Part shown: one piece after another, positions 49,389 to 58,832 of the stretch
Layout: every line of letters begins with the position of its first letter
Position numbering within the stretch: the first letter of the stretch is position 1
NCBI GenBank assembly: GCA_036170915.1
Contig: JAVHQC010000035.1
Span: 32,001 to 96,000 of the forward strand
DNA length: 64,000 nt
Reading direction: 5' to 3'
Source of the DNA: Cyanobacteria bacterium auto_48_18
GTDB taxonomy: Bacteria > Cyanobacteriota > Vampirovibrionia > Obscuribacterales > Obscuribacteraceae
Program-made: the position numbers and the translations under genes
Notes under the pieces: model-generated
What the model was told of the DNA's origin: nothing
What the model saw: only the letters and a program-made list of their open reading frames with translations
The model's database searches: none

Positions 49389-50861
49389 TTGACCATGCGC
49401 TTGTCTTCAGGCCTGCAAATTGTTTATACGCTTTTGGCCTCGGTTTTCCTTTCTCTGGCTTTCGCATTACCACCAGCCCTGGCCCAAGCATTCAGTAACG
49501 GCAGCGAGCTGGGCATTTTCTATGCCACCACCCGCGATAACGAAGGCACCGCCGCCAGGCCATCTTACGGTAGCGGCAGGCATCTTGATTTAGGACAGGG
49601 CTCACTTGAATATGGTGTGGCACCACTTAACCGCGGCAATTTCAACTCTATTGTTGAAAGCAAAAATTGGCAGCAATTGCGCAGCGAAATGGCCAAGCGA
49701 GACACTTACTGGACCAATGCCAAAGTCGGTCAAGCGTCTAAATTGTCTGATACTGATTTTTTCAATCGTGTGAAAAACTTTCACGGCTTGATCTGTATTT
49801 ATGTTCATGGTTACGACATTACTTTTGAAGAATCAGCAAGAGAGCTGGCCGAACTGGCTGACGAATACGAAAAGCGTTCAGGGCAGCCGGTTTTCCCTAT
49901 TCTCTTTTCCTGGCCGTCTACCGGCAGTAAAGTCGACTACAGCGGCGATGAAGCCAGTTTAGAATGGTCAGCGGTGCCTTTTCGTGATTTCGTTAATCGC
50001 TTAAACAACGAAAAAAGCTCTGATTCTTCAATAGATTTATTGGCTCACTCAATGGGTTCGCGTCTGGCTTTCTGGTATGCCATGGCAGCTGCACCAACCA
50101 TTTCTTCGAGTGGCAGACAGCCTTTTCGCAATATATTTCTCTCCTGCGCCGATATTGATTATTACACTGGCGAACAGCGCAAAGATGAATTGCAAAAATG
50201 CGCTGAGAAAAACGTTTTCATTCTTACTAATGATAATGACGGACCACTGCTCACCTCTCAAGCATTACATGCTCAAACCCGACTTGGTCGCCCCGCTGAT
50301 GGTGGCATCGCCATCAGGCAAATTGTCAATCAACCGGGCGGCGCTCGTTTGCCGCGCAATGTTAACGATTTGCGCAATATGGCTACCAGTGCCAAATCAG
50401 GCGAACTCTTAAACCAAGTAGGAAATCTGCTGGCCGGCTCACAACCCTCAGTCAACAGTGGTAACAACAATAATAGTTTGGCTCAGTTTGCCCTCACTAC
50501 ATTTTTAAACAAACCTAGCTCTAGTAGCGCATCTGGTGGCTTACTTGCAGGCCCCAACACCGCTGGCAGCGCCGAATCACCAGACGTGCAGAGCTGGCTA
50601 GCCGCCAACAGCCAACTCAGTCGTGACTGGAACAGCCGAACCAAACTAATTGACGACACCGGTCTGGTGACAGTCAACATGGGTCATCGCCTAGCTTGGC
50701 CGCTCTTAGCCGGGCTGATGTTAAGCGAACCCACTCTGCCACCTTTCGTCGCCACTGTGGTGCATAAACGTCCGAGCTCTATGCTCTTGCGTGAAATGGG
50801 CGGCACTCCCACTTATCTGTATCGCTATTACAAAATCGATCTTGACCGCTTGACTAGATGA
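49389..50861 (+). CDS. exported DUF900-family alpha/beta hydrolase
   Basis: IFYATTR, YVHGY, FSWPS, AHSMG, ADID, RLG. Confidence 0.85.
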   Translation: MTMRLSSGLQIVYTLLASVFLSLAFALPPALAQAFSNGSELGIFYATTRDNEGTAARPSYGSGRHLDLGQGSLEYGVAPLNRGNFNSIVESKNWQQLRSEMAKRDTYWTNAKVGQASKLSDTDFFNRVKNFHGLICIYVHGYDITFEESARELAELADEYEKRSGQPVFPILFSWPSTGSKVDYSGDEASLEWSAVPFRDFVNRLNNEKSSDSSIDLLAHSMGSRLAFWYAMAAAPTISSSGRQPFRNIFLSCADIDYYTGEQRKDELQKCAEKNVFILTNDNDGPLLTSQALHAQTRLGRPADGGIAIRQIVNQPGGARLPRNVNDLRNMATSAKSGELLNQVGNLLAGSQPSVNSGNNNNSLAQFALTTFLNKPSSSSASGGLLAGPNTAGSAESPDVQSWLAANSQLSRDWNSRTKLIDDTGLVTVNMGHRLAWPLLAGLMLSEPTLPPFVATVVHKRPSSMLLREMGGTPTYLYRYYKIDLDRLTR

Positions 50862-51153
50862 ATAATTCTATTAGTAACAATTAATTGCCTCTCGGGCATG
50901 TCAATGCTCTTGATGCGATACCTTATAAGCAGGTTTTTGATGTTTTCTGTTTGATGTCGTCTTTTGAAGTCACGGCCGGTTTTGACCTCGCGCCTCTTAA
51001 ATGACCAACTAGAGCATCCATCACCAAAAAGGCTGAAGAGTTTAAAACAGCATTGCCTCCTTGAGCGGTGCCTTAAGAATCAATGTCACGATGCGACGCA
51101 CAGTGCGAGCACTCAAAGCTAAGTAAAACAAACACTTTTATCAATAAGGTAAT

Positions 51154-52458
51154 TTGATGAGTCGAAGCAAGGTAGAGGGCACCAAGATTGCCCAGGCTGC
51201 AAAAGATCTCAATGTCACCAGCGTTACAATCAGACGCTACATTCAAGAGTTCGAGATCGAGACAGCCACTGACGAAAATGGCATAAAAGTTCTTCCCGCC
51301 CAGGCTTTAGAAGAACTGCAAGAAATTCGCAAACTTAAGGAAGATGGGCTGACCAATCCTAAAGTGATGGAACAGCTGGAAGAAATGCGTTCAGCAAAAC
51401 CGGATGAGAAACCGGCTAAGGCAAAAGCAAAAGCTAAACCAGTAAAAGTTGCAGCCGCAGCAAAAGGCAAAAAAGCCGCAGTTGAAGTTGAAGCCGATGC
51501 TGATGACGAAGACGAAGAAAAAGAATCAGTTAAAGAAGAACCGGTTCGCAAAATACGTGCCACCAAAATCTTAAAAGCACAACCGGCACAGGAAGAAGAA
51601 AAAGACGAAGCCGCCGCTGATTCTGAAGGTGAAAGCGACGATGAGGAACAGTCTGGCCAGGCTGCTGCCGGCGTTGACGGTGACCGCTTCATGCACGCTT
51701 TAACTTGTCAGACTTGCAGCAAAACTTTTGAACACAATAATCCTCGCCTGAGAGATTGTCTTGAGTGCTACCGCGCCAAGCGCAAAGAAAGAAGACGTGG
51801 TGGTGGCGAGAAACACAAAAAAGTAATTGAGAATCCGCTAGCCACGCAGGTCTTAAGCAGAACCCAGTCTCCTCCTGCCGCTTCGGCTTTAGCTGCCTCA
51901 GGCGAGAGAGATGTTATTGATCGCACTTCAGATAGACCAGATAGATCAGATAGACCAGAGCGCACGGAACGTCCTGATCGACCAGATCGTGAACCTCGTC
52001 GCGATCGCTCTGATAGAGAAGGCCGCACTCCAAGTGGTAACGACAGAGCCGATCGACCTGATCGCTTAGAGCGCCCTGATCGCCCGGAAAGAGAAGGTCG
52101 TGATCGTGAAGGCCGCGCTCCAAGCGGAAACGACAGAGAGAAGCCAGGCCTGAATGGTCATGAAAGAGCAATTGCTGCTGCTTCAGCGCAAGCCTTGACT
52201 CAAGAAAAACGCACTGTAGAGCCATCTTCATGGGCTCAAATGCAAAAACCAGTGCGTTCATATCGCAAAGCCATCGAAGAAACCAGACTAATCACAGGCT
52301 CCCTGAAACGACGCCTGGAACGGCCTGACCTGCCAGAAGGCGAGCGCCGCTGGCTGGAGCAAATCTATGCTTATCAGCTGATATTGCACCAAGGGTGGAG
52401 GCACCTGGCTGAATATAAATCAGGCAGCCCGACACAAAAACCTCAGCAAGAAGATTAG
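51154..52458 (+). CDS. MerR-like HTH protein with acidic/basic linker, CxxC-CxxC zinc ribbon and RD/RE-rich region
   Basis: IAQAAKDLNVTSVTIRRY..IRKLKEDGL; CQTC-x13-CLEC; (DRP/ERP)n. Confidence 0.8.
   Translation: MMSRSKVEGTKIAQAAKDLNVTSVTIRRYIQEFEIETATDENGIKVLPAQALEELQEIRKLKEDGLTNPKVMEQLEEMRSAKPDEKPAKAKAKAKPVKVAAAAKGKKAAVEVEADADDEDEEKESVKEEPVRKIRATKILKAQPAQEEEKDEAAADSEGESDDEEQSGQAAAGVDGDRFMHALTCQTCSKTFEHNNPRLRDCLECYRAKRKERRRGGGEKHKKVIENPLATQVLSRTQSPPAASALAASGERDVIDRTSDRPDRSDRPERTERPDRPDREPRRDRSDREGRTPSGNDRADRPDRLERPDRPEREGRDREGRAPSGNDREKPGLNGHERAIAAASAQALTQEKRTVEPSSWAQMQKPVRSYRKAIEETRLITGSLKRRLERPDLPEGERRWLEQIYAYQLILHQGWRHLAEYKSGSPTQKPQQED
52018..52138 (+). repeat. intragenic direct repeat (31 bp, 28/31 identical, 90-bp spacing) encoding EGR(T/A)PSGNDR
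   Basis: 52018-52048 versus 52108-52138. Confidence 0.8.
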
Positions 52459-52467
52459 CTCACTGCC

Positions 52468-53490
52468 TTAGAATGGCTCAGGTAGCTCTTTTGGCAAAAG
52501 CGGCTGGGAGAATGCTCCGGGTTGAGCTTTCGCTTGACCGTATTGACTATAGTCGTGATTGTTGTTCGCTGAAACTCCCGGTGCACCAAGTAGACCAGGC
52601 ATTGGCCCAGCGTTGAATGGATTGGCCAGTGGTGCATTGGGCGGAGCGGTGGGCGGAGTCATTTTAGTCAAATCAACCGATCTGGTTAATCTCACAGGCA
52701 CCACATCACCTTCCTCAAGCAATAAATCTTTGCCGCGATAAGCGCGGCTGCTTCTGCGTGTTAAGCCAAAGGTCATGGAATTGACCATTGATCCGACTGA
52801 GTTTTTGTAGTCAGCCAAAGACAAACCTGGCCCGCGCACTATGGGTGCTTTTTTCATATCATGGGCGGGATTACGATCGATAAAACCAGTAAATGGTGTA
52901 GAGCGGCCGTCAGGAAACACCAGGGTAGTTAGACCAATCTCGACATTACCGGACGCGCCTCGCTGTCTCTGTATAGCCGCAGGAGCGGCCACCACAACTT
53001 TGCCGATGATGCGCGAGCCGCGTGGTATCAGTTCATTGCCATTTTGAGAATAGCCGTCTACAAGGACGATGGAAAACAGATCTCCAGACATACTTTTTTT
53101 TGAAGAAATATCGTCACCCAGAACACCGGTCAAGACAGAACCGGCACCAATGCGCGAATTGATCATCTGTTGAATCATTTCATTTGAAACTGCACCAGGA
53201 CGATTGAAGGCACCAGGTCCTGCGTACGGCGCTTCAGGTGCGGCCATCAACGAGGGAGCCATACCACTGGAATTGGCATTATTGCCAGCACCAGATCCAG
53301 AATTAACCAGCCCAGGAACCGAACCAGGTGGTGGTGGAACATAGCCTTTGCCCATGGGACCAGATGGTGGCGCTCCTTCTGGATGCTGCATTTGCCACTG
53401 TTCACGGCTACTTGCCGGTGAAAGAGAAAGACACAAGCAGAGCATTAAAGCTGCTGTCGCGTTCAGGTTTGCTTGCGCTTTAACCTGCAT
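52468..53490 (-). CDS. exported protein with TrbI/VirB10-like beta domain and Pro/Gly-rich ends
   Basis: Signal peptide; GSVL.G.L...ISS..S..GD.F..IP.GS.I.G.V pattern. Confidence 0.6.
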   Translation of the reverse strand: MQVKAQANLNATAALMLCLCLSLSPASSREQWQMQHPEGAPPSGPMGKGYVPPPPGSVPGLVNSGSGAGNNANSSGMAPSLMAAPEAPYAGPGAFNRPGAVSNEMIQQMINSRIGAGSVLTGVLGDDISSKKSMSGDLFSIVLVDGYSQNGNELIPRGSRIIGKVVVAAPAAIQRQRGASGNVEIGLTTLVFPDGRSTPFTGFIDRNPAHDMKKAPIVRGPGLSLADYKNSVGSMVNSMTFGLTRRSSRAYRGKDLLLEEGDVVPVRLTRSVDLTKMTPPTAPPNAPLANPFNAGPMPGLLGAPGVSANNNHDYSQYGQAKAQPGAFSQPLLPKELPEPF

Positions 53491-53657
53491 ATTTTTCCTC
53501 CCCCAGAGTCTAAAAAGAAAGGAAAGATTATTTTCTTTCGGTTCTTAAGCCTATTCTATGTGGATTTTAAGCTAATTAGCAAATTATTGCGTAATAGAAG
53601 CGACCTTTGAAAATTCTGAAAGTGCGCACTGTGTTACGATCTCCCCTTCATATAAGT

Positions 53658-53699
53658 ACTCCTTTGCCTGCCGAGCAGGACGTTTAGACCATAGGGGAT
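53658..53699 (+). promoter_or_regulatory. probable S6:S18 ribosomal-protein leader RNA
   Basis: ACTCCTTTG-CCTG-CCGAG-CAGG-ACGTTTAGACCATAGGGG; anti-SD pairs with the rpsF RBS; GACC element; directly upstream of rpsF. Confidence 0.65.
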
Positions 53700-53705
53700 A
53701 AAGCA

Positions 53706-54035
53706 TTGGCTGAATCTAAAAAACAAAAACAGTACGAATCGGTTTTCATCGTCAGACCAAATCTGGATGAAGACGCTGTAGACCGCACCATCAGCGCCGT
53801 TGAAGAATTTATCAAGGCTCAGGGTGGCTCAGTCGACTCAGTAGACAAAAAAGGCCGTAAAAGATTGGCCTATGAAGTGGAAAAAATGCGTGATGGCTAC
53901 TATGTCGTCATTACTTTCACAGCTAAGACCGAGTCTATTTCACCGTTGAAGAGAATGATGGTTCTATCAGAAGACATCATCCGCTCACTCATTGTTGTGT
54001 TGGAAGAAGAAGCGAAAGCAGCTACTAATCAGTAA
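53706..54035 (+). CDS. rpsF: 30S ribosomal protein S6
   Basis: YESVFIVRP, G.KRLAYEV.K..DGYY, IIRSLIV. Confidence 0.97.
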   Translation: MAESKKQKQYESVFIVRPNLDEDAVDRTISAVEEFIKAQGGSVDSVDKKGRKRLAYEVEKMRDGYYVVITFTAKTESISPLKRMMVLSEDIIRSLIVVLEEEAKAATNQ

Positions 54036-54067
54036 TACACAGTAATTCAGAGTAAGCAGGTAATGCC

Positions 54068-54547
54068 ATGAGTTTGAGCAAAATAGTCATTTCAGGGCGG
54101 GTAGTGAAAGCTCCAGAAAAGCGTTTCACACCTAACAACAACGTGGCCGTTACTGAATTCACCATTGGTGTGGATTCACCTAATCGTCAAGACGGTGGAG
54201 TAGATACCAACTTCGTCAAAGTAATCACCTGGAGAGATCTGGCTGAGCGTTCCGCTCTCGAGATCAAGAAAGGCGATTATGTGGCAGTTGATGGTCGGCT
54301 ACAAGTAAACAACTACACCACAGCTGAAGGCGCCAAACGCCGCGATGTGGAAGTAGATGCAGTGGCAGTGGAAAATCTTTCGCTCACAGTGAGCGGAGAG
54401 GGAGAAACCAAGAGCAAAGGTCCGGAAGACGAAAGTCGCCTGGCTGCTGTATCAGGTAAGAAGCCACAAGGTAAAAACATAGTAGAAGGTAAAGAACCGG
54501 AAGACCTCGACGCCATCTTCTCTTCAGAAGACGAGATTCCGTTCTAA
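54068..54547 (+). CDS. ssb: single-stranded DNA-binding protein
   Basis: OB fold (PEKRFTP, V.TW..LAE, V.VDGRLQ) and DEIPF C-terminus; lies between rpsF and rpsR. Confidence 0.95.
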   Translation: MSLSKIVISGRVVKAPEKRFTPNNNVAVTEFTIGVDSPNRQDGGVDTNFVKVITWRDLAERSALEIKKGDYVAVDGRLQVNNYTTAEGAKRRDVEVDAVAVENLSLTVSGEGETKSKGPEDESRLAAVSGKKPQGKNIVEGKEPEDLDAIFSSEDEIPF

Positions 54548-54572
54548 ATTGCATTTTCAGGAGAATTTTTAA

Positions 54573-54815
54573 ATGGGCAGAATGTCAAATGACTCAGCAC
54601 CACCACGCCGTCGCAAGACATGTGGCTTTTGCGCTGACAAAGTAGAATTTATCGATTACAAAGATCCGAACCGTTTGAAAAAGTTCGTCACTGAGCGCGG
54701 CAAAATTTTGCCACGCAGAATCAGCGGCAACTGCGCTAAGCACCAGCGCTCACTTACTGTTGCCATTAAACGGGCTCGTGATATTGCTCTTATGCCTTAC
54801 ATGGCTGAAGGCTAG
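54573..54815 (+). CDS. rpsR: 30S ribosomal protein S18 (zinc-binding C+ form)
   Basis: [34 protein letters not shown]. Confidence 0.98.
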   Translation: MGRMSNDSAPPRRRKTCGFCADKVEFIDYKDPNRLKKFVTERGKILPRRISGNCAKHQRSLTVAIKRARDIALMPYMAEG

Positions 54816-54845
54816 ATCGCTGTTGTATAGAATTAGTGCAAGTAG

Positions 54846-54897
54846 TCTTATAACTAGCCGAAATAGAGATTCTATTTTCATTTCGGCTGTTGTAAGA
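54846..54897 (+). other. long stem-loop between rpsR and tRNA-Leu
   Basis: TCTTATAAC/GTTGTAAGA and AGCCGAAAT/ATTTCGGCT arms. Confidence 0.65.
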
Positions 54898-54909
54898 TTA
54901 TTTGCCCGC

Positions 54910-54992
54910 GCCGAAGTGGTGAAATGGCAAACACGCTACGTTCAGGTCGTAGTGAGAGCAATCTCTTGGGGGTTCAAGTCCCCCCTTCGGCA
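54910..54992 (+). tRNA. tRNA-Leu (anticodon CAG), CCA not encoded
   Basis: Acceptor GCCGAAG/CTTCGGC-A, anticodon arm CTACG-TTCAGGT-CGTAG, long variable arm GAGA-GCAA-TCTC, T arm GGGGG-TTCAAGT-CCCCC. Confidence 0.96.
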
Positions 54993-55029
54993 GTTTTTTG
55001 TTAATAGTTATTGATTTTACGAGGTACGC

Positions 55030-55593
55030 TTGAGCACAATCGATCCCCGTCGTCCGGACGCAAGACGAGACCTTCCCCCTCTCAACGAACGCATCCGCGA
55101 TCGTGAAGTCAGACTTATTGATGAGGATGGTAGTCAGCTGGGAATTGTGCCTACTCGTGAGGCCCTAGCTGCCGCCAAAGAAAAAGGTCTTGATCTTTTA
55201 CTCGTCCAGCCAGATGCTAATCCTCCTGTAGCCCGCATTCTTGACTATGGCCGACACAAGTTTGAACTGGAGAAACGCGCCAGAGAAACGAAGAAAAAGC
55301 ATCACATCCAGGATGTGAAAGAAATCAAGATGCGCTACAAAATCGAAAATCACGATTTTGATGTGAAGTTACGCAGCGCTCAAAAGTTCTTAATCGAAGG
55401 CGACAAGATAAAAGTCTTGATTCTCCTGCGTGGCCGCGAGATGCAGCATGCCAACATGGCAATCGATCTCATGAATCGTTACGCAGAAGCCCTCAAAGAT
55501 TTATGTTTGATTGACAGAGAGGCCAAACTCGAGGGCAAGAGTGTTATCATGATTCTTTCGCCCCTTCCTTCAAGGGGCAAATCGCCTGCTTAA
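55030..55593 (+). CDS. infC: translation initiation factor IF-3
   Basis: LNERIR..EVRLI, PPVARILDYG, KEIKMR, GDK.KV..RGRE; TTG start after GAGG. Confidence 0.97.
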   Translation: MSTIDPRRPDARRDLPPLNERIRDREVRLIDEDGSQLGIVPTREALAAAKEKGLDLLLVQPDANPPVARILDYGRHKFELEKRARETKKKHHIQDVKEIKMRYKIENHDFDVKLRSAQKFLIEGDKIKVLILLRGREMQHANMAIDLMNRYAEALKDLCLIDREAKLEGKSVIMILSPLPSRGKSPA

Positions 55594-55710
55594 CTGGATT
55601 TCAGAACTCTGAGAACAGTAAAAGTTGTCGAAATTGTGACTGTCCAATTATTGCGATGCTTGTTGCAATCACTATTGCAATAGAACGTTCACCCAGAGAG
55701 TGGAACCAAA

Positions 55711-55920
55711 ATGCCTAAGATGAAAACCAATAAGGCTGCCGCTCGCCGCTTCAAAATCACCGGTACCGGTAAGATTTTGCGCAGGCAAGCTGGTAGTCGC
55801 CACTTAAACGAGTGGAAGTCAGCCAAAGTGAAGCGCAATCTGCGCGGAACTACAGCCGTGCATCCTGATGTTGAGGAACACGTACTGTCCATGTTCCCTT
55901 ACAGAAAATACTTGCGTTAA
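55711..55920 (+). CDS. rpmI: 50S ribosomal protein L35
   Basis: MPKMKT.K.A.RRFK.TGTGK. Confidence 0.97.
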   Translation: MPKMKTNKAAARRFKITGTGKILRRQAGSRHLNEWKSAKVKRNLRGTTAVHPDVEEHVLSMFPYRKYLR

Positions 55921-56049
55921 TCCAGTTCGAAGTCCGCAAGCCAGGTCCAAGGGATTACTCCTCTCCGACGACCGGCACCGTTTTCGCTAAAGCTAAGTAG
56001 CTATCAAGCCTAAACATCTACACATCTCTTCTTTGAAGAAGGAGCAAAA

Positions 56050-56418
56050 ATGCCCAGAGTAAAAAGAGGCAACGTCCTCCAGAAACGCCACAAGAAAATC
56101 CTCAAGTACGCTAAAGGTTTCCGCGGCTCCAAATCCAAAATATTCATAGCTGCTAACCAGGCAGTAATGCAGGCCTGGAAGAATGCTTACAGAGATCGTA
56201 AGAAACGCAAACGGGACTTCAGAAGTTTGTGGATCACCAGAATCAACGCTGCCGCCAGAATTCATGGCATGAGCTACAGTGTGATGATGAATGGTCTGAA
56301 GAAAGCCAATATCGAAGTCAATCGCAAGATGCTTGCCGAACTGGCAGTCACTAACAAAGAAGCCTTCACCAAACTGGCTGAATCAGCCAAAGAAGCCGTT
56401 GGCGCTGCTAAAAAATAA
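56050..56418 (+). CDS. rplT: 50S ribosomal protein L20
   Basis: [36 protein letters not shown]. Confidence 0.98.
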   Translation: MPRVKRGNVLQKRHKKILKYAKGFRGSKSKIFIAANQAVMQAWKNAYRDRKKRKRDFRSLWITRINAAARIHGMSYSVMMNGLKKANIEVNRKMLAELAVTNKEAFTKLAESAKEAVGAAKK

Positions 56419-56445
56419 GTGTGTTTTTGTGGAGATTGAGTTGAA

Positions 56446-57249
56446 GTGAGAATAGTCACTCTCAGCTCGCCATCAAACCCGCTTCTTAAAAGGATTCGCT
56501 CACTTCATGAGCGCCAAGCCCGGCACAAAGCCGGGCTTTTCCTTATTGAAAGCGAAACTGTGTTGATGGAAGCTTTTGCCCGTGATTTTGAAATTGAAGC
56601 TGTTGTTGTGGACAGAGAATATTTCGAAAAGGGATTTCCTGAAACTTTCGATGACAATTTAATTGAACTCAACGTTGTTGAAACAGCGCTATTTAAAACT
56701 CTGCCAACTACATCTACTCCAAGTGGTGTCGTTGCTATTGCAAAGGCGCGTGACCACAGCCTGGACGGTTTGCTGCAAGCAATAGATCACGACCACGTCA
56801 CTCTTGTAGTTTGTGAAAATGTGCAAGATCCGGGCAACCTTGGCACCATCATTCGCACCGCTTTAGCCTTTGGTGCCGGCGGCTTGATTTTAACGCGCGG
56901 CTCCGTCGACATATACAATCCAAAGGTAGTGCGCTCGGCCATGGGAGCTCTTTTTCAATTGCCTATTGCCACAAACGTTGAGCTTGGCGAATGCCACCAA
57001 CAACTAAAAAGTCGAGGCATTGATATTGTCGCGCTTAATCCCGAGGCAGAACAATCATTTACCGATTTGAAATACGGAAAAAAGGTCGCGCTACTTCTGG
57101 GTAATGAAGCCAACGGCCTAACTCTAGAAGCTGAAGCAATGGTGACTAGAGCCGTAAGAATACCGATGCACGGAGATGTAGAGTCGCTAAATGTTGCCAT
57201 CGCCGCTGGTGTCGTCTTGTTTCATGTCAGCAGTATGGCTGCGCGTTAA
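56446..57249 (+). CDS. TrmH/SpoU-family RNA methyltransferase
   Basis: QDPGNLGTIIRTA, PKVVRSAMG, GNEANGL, IPM..VESLNVA. Confidence 0.93.
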   Translation: MRIVTLSSPSNPLLKRIRSLHERQARHKAGLFLIESETVLMEAFARDFEIEAVVVDREYFEKGFPETFDDNLIELNVVETALFKTLPTTSTPSGVVAIAKARDHSLDGLLQAIDHDHVTLVVCENVQDPGNLGTIIRTALAFGAGGLILTRGSVDIYNPKVVRSAMGALFQLPIATNVELGECHQQLKSRGIDIVALNPEAEQSFTDLKYGKKVALLLGNEANGLTLEAEAMVTRAVRIPMHGDVESLNVAIAAGVVLFHVSSMAAR

Positions 57250-57259
57250 TCATACTTAG

Positions 57260-57877
57260 TTAGTTGAAACCATATTCGTCGCATTCTTCTTCGACGGTTA
57301 AGTCAAGAATTACGTCCTCGTATATGGCTGAAACAGGCACTTCCAGAGCTGGCGACAAAGCGCTTAATGTCAACGAGTCACTATAAGTGAGGACTTTCCC
57401 TTCCCACTGGTTATCGCTAGCCAGTTGATATAGGTCTACTTGAAATTTGTTCTGATGAACTATGGCATATTGCTTGAGACTTTCTAGCAGCCTGTAAGCT
57501 ACTAGCTTCTCCCGTCGGTCGATGTGAGAAGTTGATGGTGATAAAACCTCCACAATTAATACAGGGGCTCGCTTAAAAACGCTCTTGCCCTCATAAGGCT
57601 CGCAGCTGACCATCAGATCTGGATAGTAAAAGCTCTTTGCCTTTTCCACATTGACTTTCATATCGTGCATAGAAACTCGACAACTTGTGCCTTTAAGGTG
57701 GTTGTGAAGCAAATTACAGAAATTTACGCAAATAACGTCATGGGCCTGAGTGGCTCCAGTCATAGAAAAAATCTGGCCACATACATATTCATTTCTGACC
57801 GTGGACGTTTCTTCTTGAGCCAAATACTCTTGGACAGTCAGGTCCGGCAATTTCAAAAATTGAGACATTGACTTCAC
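57260..57877 (-). CDS. Uma2-family endonuclease-like protein
   Basis: EYV.G.I..M.G....H, YYPDLMV.C, IVEVLSPST...DR.EK..AY. Confidence 0.92.
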   Translation of the reverse strand: MKSMSQFLKLPDLTVQEYLAQEETSTVRNEYVCGQIFSMTGATQAHDVICVNFCNLLHNHLKGTSCRVSMHDMKVNVEKAKSFYYPDLMVSCEPYEGKSVFKRAPVLIVEVLSPSTSHIDRREKLVAYRLLESLKQYAIVHQNKFQVDLYQLASDNQWEGKVLTYSDSLTLSALSPALEVPVSAIYEDVILDLTVEEECDEYGFN

Positions 57878-58022
57878 TCCTGCACAGTATCTCTAATTAT
57901 TATACGACGGTTGTCAAATCTCAAATTAGAGCGCGTGGGGTGCGCAAAACTAAAACGTCTACGCTCTAGTTTTGAGAACAACTAAACTGCGCAGCAAGGG
58001 CCATAATTGCTAAAATTAGGCC

Positions 58023-58832
58023 ATGGTGAAAAAACTCGAAAAAGTCAAAGCAGATGTTGATCTGGAGCCAAGTTCGGGCTTTCAGCCGATCACGGCAGCG
58101 GACGAAGAAAAATCTGCCGACGACGATCAGTTAGATTCGCACACCATGACTGTGGTTGAGCATCTAGATGAGTTGCGCTGGCGAATTATTCGTAGTGTTG
58201 GCTATATAACCGCGGCCTTCATCGGTTCACTCTTTCTCACTAAAAGCGTGCTACGCATTTTGCAAAAACCAGCAGGCAATATAGTGTTTCAAGCACTTTC
58301 AATAGAAGAGCCGCTGGTGGTATTCATCAAAGTGACTTCATACCTTGCTCTGATAATTGCCTCGCCATTTATACTCTGGGAAGTGGGACGTTTTGTGGCT
58401 CCTGGGCTAACCAGGCAAGAAAAACGCATTGTCTCGCCTGTGGTTTTCGGCAGCCCTTTATTGTTTTGTTGCGGCGCGATTTTCGCTTATTTTTGTTTGT
58501 TACCGCCGATGTTGAGCTTCTTCGGAAATTTCAGCCAGGGCATTTCGCCCATCAATCAGCGTCTCGACTACTACATTTCACTTGTATGTTCAATTCTGCT
58601 CTATATGGGCCTTTGCTTTCAAATTCCCATTGTCATATTTACTCTTGCTATGGCCGGCCTGGTCAATTCGCAGCAACTGATTAAAATCTGGCGTTACGCT
58701 GTCTTTGGCAGTGGCATGGTGGCATGCGTATTGACGCCTGACCCCACCGCTTTTTCAATGCTTATTGTTACAGCAGCATTGAGTGGCCTGTATTTCTTAT
58801 CGATTATTCTGCTCAAGTGTTTTGGTAAGTGA
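58023..58832 (+). CDS. tatC: twin-arginine translocase subunit TatC
   Basis: HLDELR.RI, F.APGL...EK, FQIP, TP.DP; 6 TM. Confidence 0.95.
   Translation: MVKKLEKVKADVDLEPSSGFQPITAADEEKSADDDQLDSHTMTVVEHLDELRWRIIRSVGYITAAFIGSLFLTKSVLRILQKPAGNIVFQALSIEEPLVVFIKVTSYLALIIASPFILWEVGRFVAPGLTRQEKRIVSPVVFGSPLLFCCGAIFAYFCLLPPMLSFFGNFSQGISPINQRLDYYISLVCSILLYMGLCFQIPIVIFTLAMAGLVNSQQLIKIWRYAVFGSGMVACVLTPDPTAFSMLIVTAALSGLYFLSIILLKCFGK

Noticed and set aside
50862..51153. Possible ncRNA or riboswitch in a long intergenic region
   Set aside because: No recognisable motif or convincing extended structure by eye; needs an Rfam search
52468..53490. Type IV secretion or conjugation system
   Set aside because: Only a lone VirB10-like beta domain, with no other T4SS genes nearby
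54910..54992. tRNA-Leu as an island integration site
   Set aside because: It is flanked by ribosomal genes, and I saw no duplicated 3' end or integrase
57260..57877. Uma2 nuclease as a defence system
   Set aside because: A single member of a family that is commonly multi-copy in cyanobacteria-related genomes, with no partner genes
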